From an uncultured Bacteroidota bacterium (GTDB lineage Bacteria > Bacteroidota > Ignavibacteria > Kryptoniales > JAKASW01), in the NCBI GenBank assembly GCA_963806435.1, contig CAWEBD010000113.1:3520-67519 (forward strand): a DNA stretch of 64,000 bases. The letters are read 5' to 3'. Shown here piece by piece: positions 1 to 9,682 of the stretch. Each line of letters opens with the position of its first letter. Position 1 is the stretch's first letter. A program made the translations under genes and the position numbers. The notes beneath the pieces are model-generated. The model ran no database searches, was not told the origin of the DNA, and worked only from the letters and a program-made list of their open reading frames with translations.

Positions 1-784
1 GGCTTATTCCTAACCGGTATGCGAGCCAGAAGGTGATTTGATCATCCATTGCGTAACATTGCCGAATGCTCCAGGTCTTTTACAGCTCTATTATGACGAA
101 TTTGCTCCAGAACCGACCTGCACTACCATAAGTTGCTTCCGCTGTGCACCCAACTTGACCTGCACACACATTTCCAACATAGCGGAGAAAACGAAGAATA
201 CCAGGCGCACATTTATCCCGAACTCATAAAATGGTCCAACCCAGTGAGAAATTCCCAAACTGATTAATCCAGTGGCTCTGTTTCTCCTTTGCTTCCTTTC
301 TATCCTCGTTGTCTCATGCCTTTCCTGTCCCCGAGTCCGTTCTTTTAATACCTAATTGCGCCAGATAGTGACTACTTCTTGGAATGGATTAAGACGTGAT
401 GGATGCGCGCCAGAAAAAACAAATCCCACTAAACATTTTACCCATCCTGAGTTAGTTGAGATAAAGATTTGTTTCGCTTACGGCCTGAAAAACAGACACC
501 TCCCAATTACTTTCCCTGGCCATGCTCATCAGAATCTCAGCTTTCTCTTTTCTCATCAGTGTTCACAAAATATCATCCCTCCTCCGCTTAGCCATCGCCC
601 AACCTTCCTCTCGGGCGCACTTCCGATGGTAAGCATCTTTTGCATTAGAGCGCATCTTTTGAACAACCACTTAAAGAGTTAACACCTACACCTGCTCCAT
701 TTCCACCTTGATTGCCAGGAATATAGTTACTCCTTTTTCATTTGTCAAGTACCATCGCCATGTTTCTTGGTCGTTCTTACGGTT

Positions 785-1070
785 CATCCCTCCAAATCCA
801 GCTGTCTGTCCAGCGTCCTGTACTGTATCGCTTCAGCTATATGTTCCGGCATTATATCATCATTGCCGGAAAGGTCTGCTATGGTCCTCGCGATTTTCAG
901 TATCCTGTCGTAAGCCCTCGCGCTCAAACCAAGTTTCGTTATCGCCTGCTTCAACAGGTCTTCTCCAGCTTTGTCTGCCTGACAGAATTCTCTTATCTCC
1001 TTGCTCTGTCCGTCCGCACATGCGTGCGGCCGGATCGCTCCGCGACATGTCGGCGTTCTTGAAGAGCTCC
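785..1070 (-). pseudogene. comM 3' fragment A (last ~85 codons, MELFKNADM...QLDLEG*), interrupted by a 37-nt hairpin-containing insert
   Basis: Nucleotide and protein similarity to the 3' end of the full comM at 17781-18040. The frame is broken by the insert at 1009-1045. It lies 25 nt downstream of the fragment B stop codon. Confidence 0.8.
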
Positions 1071-1099
1071 ATTTGCTGAGTGGATTTATGAGAGTTCCC

Positions 1100-1590
1100 T
1101 TATCCCTCCAGGTATAACTGCCTGTCGAGACTGCGGTATTGTATCGCTTCCGCTATATGCTCCGGCATTATGTCATCGCTGCCGGCAAGGTCGGCAATTG
1201 TTCTAGCAACTTTAAGTATCCTGTCGTACGCACGTGCGCTCAATCCGAGTTTGGTTATCGCCTGCTTCAGCAAATCTTCTCCGGATTTGTCCGCCTGGCA
1301 GAACTCCCTTATCTCCCTGCTCTGCATATCCGCATTCTTGAAGAGTCCTTTCCGGCCTTTGAACCTTTCCCTCTGAATCTCACGAGCTTTCTTCACTCTC
1401 GATCTCACAGCAGAAGATGGCTCTCCCGATTTCTTGCTCGAGAGCTCGGCATACTTCACTGCCGGCACTTCGACGTGTATGTCGATCCTGTCGAGCAGCG
1501 GCCCGCTTATCTTTGACATGTACCTCTGTATCTGCATCTGGTTGCAGCTACAGGTCGCATTCGGATTGCCGTAGTTTCCACAGGGACATG
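1100..1590 (-). pseudogene. displaced comM 3' fragment B (about 163 codons, PCPCGNYG... to LYLEG*)
   Basis: The 201-aa ORF 1100-1705 matches ComM residues from [15 protein letters not shown] to the stop. Similarity to the full gene ends abruptly after CCACAGGGACATGG near 1590. There is no AAA+ N-terminal part. Confidence 0.85.
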
Positions 1591-1610
1591 GCTGCGTTGC
1601 CATTCTGGAT

Positions 1611-2042
1611 GTGCGATTAAGAGCCAAAAAGCCGGTTTCCAAAGCGTACCCGAAGGGGCTCAGAACTATCGGCGACCACACTAGGAAACGACGGCTGGAC
1701 CTCAAGATGACCCAAAATCAAGTGGCAGAAGTCCTCGCAGTAGACGAAACCACCGTATGGAATTGGGAAAGTAACAGAACTGAGCCGCTCACCAAACACC
1801 TGCCGGCCCTTATTTCCTTCCTTGGGTATATTCCTTTTGAACCCACAGGAGCATCCCTAGACGAAAGGCTTCTTGAGTATCGTAGGCGATCCGGCCTCAG
1901 TCAGAAAAAGCTTGCAAGGGCGATAGGAATCGACCCGTCTACATTGAGCAGACTGGAGAAAAACAACCCAAGATGTTTCAACAAGGTTGTCAAAATGGCA
2001 GCCGATTTCCTCTGCAGGGCCAATCCGGGAGAAGATCAATAA
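1611..2042 (+). CDS. XRE-family transcriptional regulator with two tandem HTH domains (GTG start)
   Basis: 143 aa. The first HTH is LRTIGDHTRKRRLDLKMTQNQVAEVLAVDETTVWNWESNRTEP and the second is LLEYRRRSGLSQKKLARAIGIDPSTLSRLEKNN. A paralogous copy lies at 8086-8517. Confidence 0.8.
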   Translation: MRLRAKKPVSKAYPKGLRTIGDHTRKRRLDLKMTQNQVAEVLAVDETTVWNWESNRTEPLTKHLPALISFLGYIPFEPTGASLDERLLEYRRRSGLSQKKLARAIGIDPSTLSRLEKNNPRCFNKVVKMAADFLCRANPGEDQ

Positions 2043-2101
2043 TTCAACCGAGTGCGCCTCCCACGGCGCAGTAAAAGTGGTGAAACAAACCGTTAGATTA
2101 G

Positions 2102-2131
2102 ATTCCCGCCACGAAGCTTCGTGGCGGGAAT
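2102..2131. terminator. perfect 30-nt palindrome ATTCCCGCCACGAAG/CTTCGTGGCGGGAAT downstream of the XRE gene
   Basis: Inverted repeat read directly from the sequence. A homologous hairpin follows the second XRE copy (8579-8604). Confidence 0.5.
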
Positions 2132-2163
2132 CGTGATAATCTTACAATGACTACTTGAGTAGA

Positions 2164-2188
2164 AGTCCGCCAAAGAACGCGGCGGACT
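2164..2188. terminator. hairpin AGTCCGCC-N9-GGCGGACT between convergent genes
   Basis: Inverted repeat between the XRE 3' end and the 3' end of the minus-strand gene 2207-5750. Confidence 0.45.
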
Positions 2189-2206
2189 CTCGCTCAAATG
2201 ATTCCA

Positions 2207-5200
2207 TCACTTGAGCAAAAGCATCTTCTTAGTAATGACATGATTTCCGGCGAACAGTCGGTAGAAGTACACTCCGCTTGCCAGACTTGAACCATTGAAG
2301 TTAACACTGTACCTACCAACCTGCTGGTCCTGATCGACAAGAGTCCTCACCTCCTGTCCCAGCACATCGTAGATCTTGAGGGTTACATGTGATTCCTTGG
2401 GGATCGTGTAGTCGATCACTGTCGTCGGGTTGAACGGGTTCGGGTAGTTCTGGCTGAGGACGAAGTCCTTAATCACCGTTATCGGTTCCAGCGAAAGCGA
2501 CTGGAGATTGTCAGATGCCGAGCTATCAACCTGGCTGTAACTGTTGATGAGCGCAAATTTCGGATCCGTCAGGTTCGAGCTTACGTCGATCTTTACCTTC
2601 ACGGTCCTGTTCGCGATGCCGTCGGTGCTGAGAAGATAGCTAGTCGGCTTGTACCCACCGGCATTGGATGCTTTTATCCTGATATTCTTAATCGTTCCCA
2701 CCAGCTTACCGGTAGAGTTGTCTATTACTTCCACGTTGTAATTGATATAGCCGGTGTCTCCCAATACCGAGATGGCCGCTGTGGAATCGGCAAACCCGCT
2801 GTATTCACTGAATATAATCCTGGAATTTGTGTTTACCTGGAACGGCTCGGTAACGAGGGACTTGTTCAGGTTTGAAAGACTGTCGTAGTCTGTGCTGTCC
2901 GAACAAGGGGCGAAGCCGATGCTCTGGCCATCCACGCTGAGGTTACGAAACGAATAGTAGAAGTTGAGGCTGTCGTAGCTTATCGTACCGCCTCTGCCGT
3001 AAGTCATCTTGACTGGAACACTTGCCACGGTATTGGCATTCCCGGCCGGACTGTTTCCCGCTCCGCTGATGCTCCCGGACGTCTCCAGGGGATATGGAGA
3101 GCTGCTCGGATTAAACGCGGAAGCATACATCGAGCTTGTGCTCGCCCCGTTACTGAGCTGCATATCCCTGCCCGTCGTGCTGAGCGTTATCATGCTTGAT
3201 GCGTTGTAGTTGCAGGCATAGGCGGTCCAGGAGTTCGATGCACTTGCCTGACTGAAAGCTATGTAGGGCGTGCTTCCGCCGTTCGGCAGATTAACCGATA
3301 CGGAGCTCTCGTTGTAATCTATCGTGTTATAATTCGAAGCTCCCGGCGCGGTGGAGAAGAGAGTGATATTCAGAGGCGGTCTGCCGAAGTTGTTTGCTAT
3401 CCAGCATACCCATGCGGTGCTGTTGGGTTCCTGCACAAGGGAAGGCTGATAGTTCGCGGGCCAGGCGCTGTTGGAAATTGTTATTGGAGTCGACTGGCCA
3501 AGTGTGTCCATCGTCGGGGTGTTTAAGGCAAGCTCGGCAAATCTTATTGTCGATGAACTGCCGCTTCCCTCCTGCCAGGCCACGTCTGCATATTCACCTG
3601 ACTGTGTCTTCGCCCCGTAAATTGAAGGTTTTGTAGAACTCGCATCTGTGTCCCACATGGAATATGCGGCCCCGTTTGATTGAAGCAGGCCGTTGAAAGT
3701 GCCGAAGAGATAATTTATTCCTGCCGTCTGGCTGCCGGAAGTGCTTTTCTTCTCGAATGCGATAAGCCAGAAGCCATTATACATCGCGAAGTCGGGATTT
3801 GCGTTCACTGAATACGAGTCAGAGCCTTCAGTGTAGATCGGGCCATCGGCATCCTGGATGTATGTGCTGCCAGAAGGAACAAACACGGCGTAATCTATTT
3901 GATAAGTTGATCCATATGGTTCCTGAAACACGACAATGACATCGCTGGATGACGGATCATAATCGAGAGACGGGCACTTGCTCCCATGGTCGGTGCCGTT
4001 CACAGGATTATAGTCGAGCGGCTCACCGTTGTTTGCGAGCGTCCAGGACGATCCCTGATTTGACGAATATTCCACCCAAACGTGACCATCGTCCGTATAG
4101 GCCTCGAACAGGTAACCGCTGGGAGTTTGTATCATCTTCCGCTGGCCGTTGTCGGAATAAGCCGAAGCATCCATCGAGTGCTGAAGCTCCTTGAGATTAG
4201 CAGACAGGCTTACATTGTCTGTCGGGTAATAGGTAACCGGATTAGAGTCACTCCCGAAGTTCCAGCCGGCAAATGCCCAGCCGCTGTTTTGCGGGACAGA
4301 TTGGAGAGTGATCGATGTTCCGAGATCAACCGGGATCGAGTTGCTCTGGCTGCCATTTATAAGATAGTAGGCTCCGCTGCCGCCGGCATCGATGTAGGTC
4401 GGGCCGGTGAGCGTGACGGTGGGCTGCTGGTTATAGCTTGCACAGTAAATATCTTCATTGGACCCGGATCTGAAATCTGTCCAGAGCGCATGGGCCTCGC
4501 CGCTGCCGCTTGACGTGACTCCAATATAGTCAGAAGTGAGACTGCCAACCGTTGGATTACTACTGACGGATGTCAACTTTACATCTTCACCGGTACCGTC
4601 TTGACCGACAAACGACTGGCCATCGTAAGACTGGGCAGAGTAGACATCAACCTCATCGTTGGCATTTTCTTGATAGTACAAAAGCGAGATATGTCCCGTC
4701 GAATTGATACTCAACCATGGAAAGAACTGGTTACCAGTCGTCGTCTGCGTTGCTACTTGCGGAGTGCTCCAACTGGTGATCTCCCTGGCTCCAGTCGTGT
4801 GTGTGAAGTAGATGTCCATGGTTCCGTTGTCTTCTTCCGTCCAGGCGACGTAGACTTCGCTGTTTTGAGGATCGACCGCGATTGTGGGGAAGGATGAGAC
4901 GCGAAGTTTGCCGATCAGCTGCTGATAATAGCCTGTGAAAGTTCTGACGGACTCGTCGCTGAAGTTATTGCCACCATCCGTCGACATTGCGACATCAATG
5001 TATGAAGTTCCACCAGTCGCATTCGAATCGTATGCTACGTAGACCGCGCCATTGGGGCCTACTGCCGGCACAGCACCAGTGATTAATTCGCTGTTATTCC
5101 CACTGATTATTTTCGACACCCATCCCCCGGATAGGTTGCTCTGGTCGATTGGAAAAGCGAAATAGACATGACTTCCGGATTTATTTGACAGAAGGTCCGT

Positions 5201-5750
5201 CCACGAAACGTACAGTTCTCCCAGCAGTTGAATCACCGCTGTTGTCCACTGCCATATAGGGCTTGTCTTCGAAATCGTTGGGGTTAACCGGGAAGGGGAC
5301 ACTCCAACTGAGGCCGTTATTGTCCGTGTATTCGATGTCCACCACACCGACCGAATAACCAGTTCCAAAGTAGTTGGAAGTTGTAATGTCCTTGTTCACA
5401 AAAGTATAGTACTCACGACCAGACGCGTCTATGGCGCATGAAGGATCGAAGCCGCCTTCATAAGATCCATTACTCGGATTAAGGCCGGATTGCAATATGC
5501 CCTGGTTGATCCATGAACTGCCGCCGTCGGTGGAAAACGCATATCCCGGCTGAGAGAAGCTGCCGTTGCTGAAATCGTTCCATGTTGCCATTAGAGTATC
5601 TGGCTTATTTGGATCCAGCGCTATCGATGTCTCGCTCTGGTCGCCGGAGCCAACGTCAACCGGAACGTTATTGAAAGTCTGTGCGTACCCGGCTGTGGAA
5701 ATAACCATGAGAATGCACAGCGTCATAAGACGGTTCTTTAGATACCTCAT
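2207..5750 (-). CDS. very large BNR/sialidase-like beta-propeller surface protein with a T9SS C-terminal sorting domain; reading frame broken near 5220
   Basis: ORFs 5181-5849 and 2207-5368 join as ...DNSGDSTAG/ELYVSWTDL if one base of a 3-nt run at 5220-5222 is removed. Signal peptide MRYLKNRLMTLCILMVISTAGYAQ starts at 5750. BNR-like motifs are present (FSTDGGSSW, MSTDGGNNF, SSNQGSSW). The C-terminus is NYPNPFNPTTVIDY...GVYFYRL. Confidence 0.75.
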
Positions 5751-5997
5751 TTTTCGTCCTTTCTCTAACTCTGTTTCTTGCAGATAGTTGTTCATGCATT
5801 CCCCCGAACGCTTGAGGTCCCGTCCACACCCCCCCAACCTTCTTGGCATATTATGTCCTTGGTCTCACTCTCCTTTTTGTGGCCTGTCTTGCGGAAGTCT
5901 GTTTTTCTTAATGTCCGATTTCTTTCTCTTTATTCTGAGCGTGCGAAACGCAATGATCGAAGTCTTGTTCCTCGGACTCGTTTGCCTGATCGAAAAA

Positions 5998-7236
5998 TCA
6001 TTTGACTACCAGGGTCAGGCTTTCGAATGGCTCCCACTTGAATCCGATACCGGATGTGTTACCACTACTAGGACCGACGATCTCCCCATTTGCCTCACTG
6101 AAATCAAATTGAAGGCCCAGATGATCCAAGAGGAAGGATGCGATGGTATCGTCTCCACTTATCGCATCTGTAAATATCAGTCCTTTAATAAGTCCATCGA
6201 GTCTCACACTACCTCCGAATGTCGTGTACGTCGGGATCTCTGGACCAGTTGCTGAACCGGCACGGAAGTAGAGGAATTGGCCGATCTGGACCTGCCATCC
6301 TTTTCCGATGCTGACGCCGCCGGTTGGCCTGCCCGCAAAAAGGTTGTCGAAGACGTTGAAACTGCCGAGCCCTTCATCGTACACACTTGTGTTAGTGCCG
6401 TTGAAGACGAGGGGCGCGTTGACTTGCCTGATCCATGTAAACGACAGCCAATTCCATCGATGGCCTGCCACGGATGTCTCCAGTCCGAATTGAAAATTCC
6501 AGCCGAGATCGCCTTCCCTAGGAAGACCCGGTAAACCACCGGGCGCGTAGTTTCCGAAATTTCTCTCCGAATAACCAAATGTCAGGTTGAGGATGGGTGT
6601 GGCACCAATAATAGAGCGCGTGAAACTTCCATCCGAATTCAGAATAATGTCCGCAACCGGTATCTGAAGTAGTGCTCCCCAATCAGGTGTATAAGTGGAT
6701 TTGTAGTAACCCCGGAACCGACCCGTTTCTTCTGTCGTTGCCCACTTGAAAGTATAGCCAAGGCCCAATTTTACAAAGTAGTCCACCCCTAGCGCGACTG
6801 TTACCCCGTTCGCAGCATCTGTCGTAACACTGTTCGCGAGGAGGGATTCCGCACCCCCGGAATATGCGTAATCGTAATTAGGATTAGAGTACCCAACTCC
6901 CAATCCAATTCTTACGGGAAACGTGTTCCATAAACTATGTAGGTCCATTCCGGCATTGACTGCGAACGCACCCAGCTGATTCGGGATCGTCGGCATGTAG
7001 CTGGCACCCAACATTCCGTGCAAGCTGAACAGCCCAAGCTCTGCCGGATTAGCGATAACTGCGAGGGCATTGTCAGACACAAAGGAAACTCCAGCCCCTC
7101 CCATGCCATTTGTCTCGGCAGATACCTGTGAGTAAAGTGAAACCTGAGAAGGATAAAGGGCGTTTTGAGCCCATCCCCTTCCGAGCGTACAAAAGACCGT
7201 TGTTAAAATAACAGCAGTTGTTCCTCTCAATCTCAT
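5998..7236 (-). CDS. outer-membrane beta-barrel protein, PorV/PorQ/FadL-like (tentative)
   Basis: Signal peptide MRLRGTTAVILTTVFCTLGRGWAQ preceded by GGGAGG. The N-terminal motif NGMGGAGVSFVSDNALAVIANPAELG is typical of this barrel family. The sequence shows an alternating beta-strand pattern and a C-terminal aromatic residue. Confidence 0.5.
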   Translation of the reverse strand: MRLRGTTAVILTTVFCTLGRGWAQNALYPSQVSLYSQVSAETNGMGGAGVSFVSDNALAVIANPAELGLFSLHGMLGASYMPTIPNQLGAFAVNAGMDLHSLWNTFPVRIGLGVGYSNPNYDYAYSGGAESLLANSVTTDAANGVTVALGVDYFVKLGLGYTFKWATTEETGRFRGYYKSTYTPDWGALLQIPVADIILNSDGSFTRSIIGATPILNLTFGYSERNFGNYAPGGLPGLPREGDLGWNFQFGLETSVAGHRWNWLSFTWIRQVNAPLVFNGTNTSVYDEGLGSFNVFDNLFAGRPTGGVSIGKGWQVQIGQFLYFRAGSATGPEIPTYTTFGGSVRLDGLIKGLIFTDAISGDDTIASFLLDHLGLQFDFSEANGEIVGPSSGNTSGIGFKWEPFESLTLVVK

Positions 7237-7518
7237 CTCCGTATCCTCCCTTTCCATTGAACCGCAATTCTGCGGGACTGTTTACATGGGGCGGTCCAGA
7301 CATTGCTCAAACGTCTCTGGACCGGTCGCCTAGTTTGTTATCGGTAAGCTAAGGGATACGGTGATACTCTTCCGTGTATATATATTTTTCTTCCGAATTC
7401 TTTTTCATCTTTCGCTCTCCTCTTTTCTCCCTTGGAACTAACGCTCCGTTTGCGTCATCGCTCCACGGCTTCGTCTGCGCAAAACTGAAAGGGCTGAGAC
7501 GTTACCGATGATGCTTGG

Positions 7519-7548
7519 ATTATATGCCCCCCCCCCTCAGAAAGTCAA
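7519..7548 (-). promoter_or_regulatory. sigma70-like promoter TTGACT-18 nt-TATAAT with a G10 tract in the spacer
   Basis: The minus strand reads CCTTGACTTTCTGAGGGGGGGGGGCATATAATCC. It lies 30 nt downstream of the comM' C stop and about 280 nt upstream of the gene starting at 7236. Confidence 0.45.
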
Positions 7549-7577
7549 GGCACTCGAAAGTTTCATTGTACTGTCTA

Positions 7578-8065
7578 TCATTCCAGATACAGCTGCCTGT
7601 CCAGCGTCCTGTACTGTATCGCCTCCGCTATATGTTCCGGCATTATGTCAGAACTTGCAGCGAGGTCCGCGATCGTCCTCGCAACTTTGAGAATCCTATC
7701 GTACGCCCTCGCGCTCAGTCCTAATTTCGTTATCGCCTGCTTCAGCAAGTCCTCTCCTCCCGCGTCGGGCTGACAGAACTCTCGTATCTCTTTACTTTGC
7801 ATATCTGCATTCTTAAAAAGTCCTTTTCTTCCTTTGAATCTTTCTCTCTGAATCTCTCTTGCCTTCTTCACTCTTGTTCTAACGGCTGAAGATGGCTCAC
7901 CAGATTTCTTGCTCGAAAGCTCGGCATACTTCACCGCCGGCACTTCAACATGTATATCTATCCTGTCGAGCAGCGGCCCGCTTATCTTCGACATGTACCT
8001 CTGTATCTGCATCTGGTTGCAGCTGCATGTCGCATTCGGGTTGCCGTAATTTCCACAGGGACACC
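7578..8065 (-). pseudogene. displaced comM 3' fragment C (about 163 codons)
   Basis: The 174-aa ORF 7578-8102 matches ComM from [16 protein letters not shown] to LYLE*. The junction position and flanking XRE sequence match those of fragment B. Confidence 0.85.
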
Positions 8066-8085
8066 CCTGCGTTGCCATTCTGGAT

Positions 8086-8517
8086 GTGCGATTAAGCGCC
8101 AAAAAGCCAGTTCCCAGGGCTTACCCGAAGGAGATCAGGACCATCGGTGACCATGTGAGGAGAAGACGCCTAGATCTGAAGATGACCCAAAAACAAGTGG
8201 CGGAAATCATCTCGGTGGACGAAAGCACCGTGTGGAATTGGGAAAGTAACAGAACTGAACCACTCATCAGGCATTTGCCGATTATATTTCTTTTCCTGGG
8301 GTACAGCCCCTTTAGTACGACCGGACAGTCCTTAGGGGAAAGGCTTCAGGACTACCGAAGGAAAACTGGCTTCAGCCGGAAAAAGGTCGCAAATGCGATT
8401 GGCACCGACCCAGGAACTTTGGGGAAGATTGAGAAAAACGACTCAGGATGCTCCCATAAGGTCATTAGAAAGGCAATCAATTTCCTGTCCAGAGCCGATT
8501 CGAGAAAAGATCAGTAG
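8086..8517 (+). CDS. XRE-family regulator with two tandem HTH domains (paralog of 1611-2042)
   Basis: 143 aa and collinear with the first copy. The start lies about 20 nt from the comM' junction. Confidence 0.8.
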   Translation: MRLSAKKPVPRAYPKEIRTIGDHVRRRRLDLKMTQKQVAEIISVDESTVWNWESNRTEPLIRHLPIIFLFLGYSPFSTTGQSLGERLQDYRRKTGFSRKKVANAIGTDPGTLGKIEKNDSGCSHKVIRKAINFLSRADSRKDQ

Positions 8518-8578
8518 TTCAACCGAATACCTCTCACCCGGTGGAGTAACAGTGGCGAAACTGGCCATTCGGTTAGCT

Positions 8579-8604
8579 TCCCGCCATGGAATCTCGTGGC
8601 GGGA
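8579..8604. terminator. hairpin TCCCGCCA-N10-TGGCGGGA downstream of XRE copy 2
   Basis: Inverted repeat homologous to the one at 2102-2131. Confidence 0.45.
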
Positions 8605-8630
8605 GACGGCCTGACGGCCCCAAGGATATC

Positions 8631-9299
8631 TTACTTCAGCATCATCATCTTCATCACCTTACTCCAGTTACCCGCCGCGATACGGTAGAAATACACTCCA
8701 GATGCAACCTGCTCTCCATCCCTGTTCAAGCCGTTCCATGTCACCTCGTTGTACCCGGCATTGTAGCTCCTATCCGCGATCTGCGCCACTTCCCTTCCGA
8801 GAACATCGTAAATCGTCAGCATCACATGCGATGTCTTCGGAAGCTCGAACGCTATCTTCGTCGATGGGTTAAACGGATTCGGGAAGTTGTTGTAAAGCTT
8901 ATAGTCCTTCGGGGCTCCCACCGATACTGTAATGTCTTTGGTCCAGAGCTGGCCATCACTTGAACTTATCACCGCAGAGAGTGTTGTGTCCTTTCCGACA
9001 GGAGCTTTATTATCAACGGAGAATGTGAATTCAGCGTCTCCCGTGCTTTTTGCCTGGATACTTTTCAGCAGTACCGTGTTCGACTTGAACTCAAGCCATG
9101 ACGGGAGGTTCGTGAAGATCACCGAGACATTCTTTGCATCGATGGACGAATTGTTCTCCACGCTCAGCGATACGGTATTTCCCTCAGATCCGAACGCGAT
9201 TTGCCACCTCTGGCCCGATGCATTGTCGGCTGTCTGGGCAACCACGCTTCCTGCCAGAAATGCGCTGAGTATCAATACTACCCTCATTTTCCCAAGCAT
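8631..9299 (-). CDS. small secreted protein with a T9SS C-terminal sorting domain
   Basis: Signal peptide MLGKMRVVLILSAFLAGSVVAQ, with GGAGG upstream. The C-terminus is NNFPNPFNPSTKIAF...GVYFYRI. Confidence 0.75.
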   Translation of the reverse strand: MLGKMRVVLILSAFLAGSVVAQTADNASGQRWQIAFGSEGNTVSLSVENNSSIDAKNVSVIFTNLPSWLEFKSNTVLLKSIQAKSTGDAEFTFSVDNKAPVGKDTTLSAVISSSDGQLWTKDITVSVGAPKDYKLYNNFPNPFNPSTKIAFELPKTSHVMLTIYDVLGREVAQIADRSYNAGYNEVTWNGLNRDGEQVASGVYFYRIAAGNWSKVMKMMMLK

Positions 9300-9682
9300 C
9301 TTTCTTTTACCTCCATATCTTCTTTATTCCTGCGCCAACATGTCACCCCTAAAGGGGTTCCACAGATTGGGGGAGGATTCCTTTCTACAAACATGTCGCG
9401 CCTACGGCGCTTCCATGTTCTCATACATGTGTTATTCCTCTGCAACTCACATGGCGTGCCTGCGGCACTTTATGCTTTCCCGTTATCTCATCTTCACAAC
9501 TTCCCATGTTTTCTCATCACACATCCTGCATCGTGAATCACGTTTCCACCACTAACGAGGTCTACGGATTGGATGGATTTCTACATCTAAAAATGGGTCG
9601 TGCCGACGGCGATTCCTGCTTCTGAATTTCTTACCTTCACAATTTCCCATGTTCTCTCATCACGTATCCTGCATCGTGAATC

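Larger units (their letters stand above)
1591..8065. mobile_element. putative comM-targeting island 1 (surrogate comM 3' end C, promoter, PorV-like gene, BNR/T9SS giant, XRE); no recombinase gene
   Basis: Bounded by the conserved comM'/XRE junctions at about 1590 and 8065. See findings. Confidence 0.5.

Noticed and set aside
1100-1705. ORFs 1100-1705 (201 aa) and 7578-8102 (174 aa) as functional truncated ComM-like genes
   Set aside because: They lack the whole AAA+ ATPase part. Their N-terminal extensions are antisense translations of the XRE 5' end, and no RBS is evident. The open frames are best explained by recent displacement of formerly functional coding sequence.
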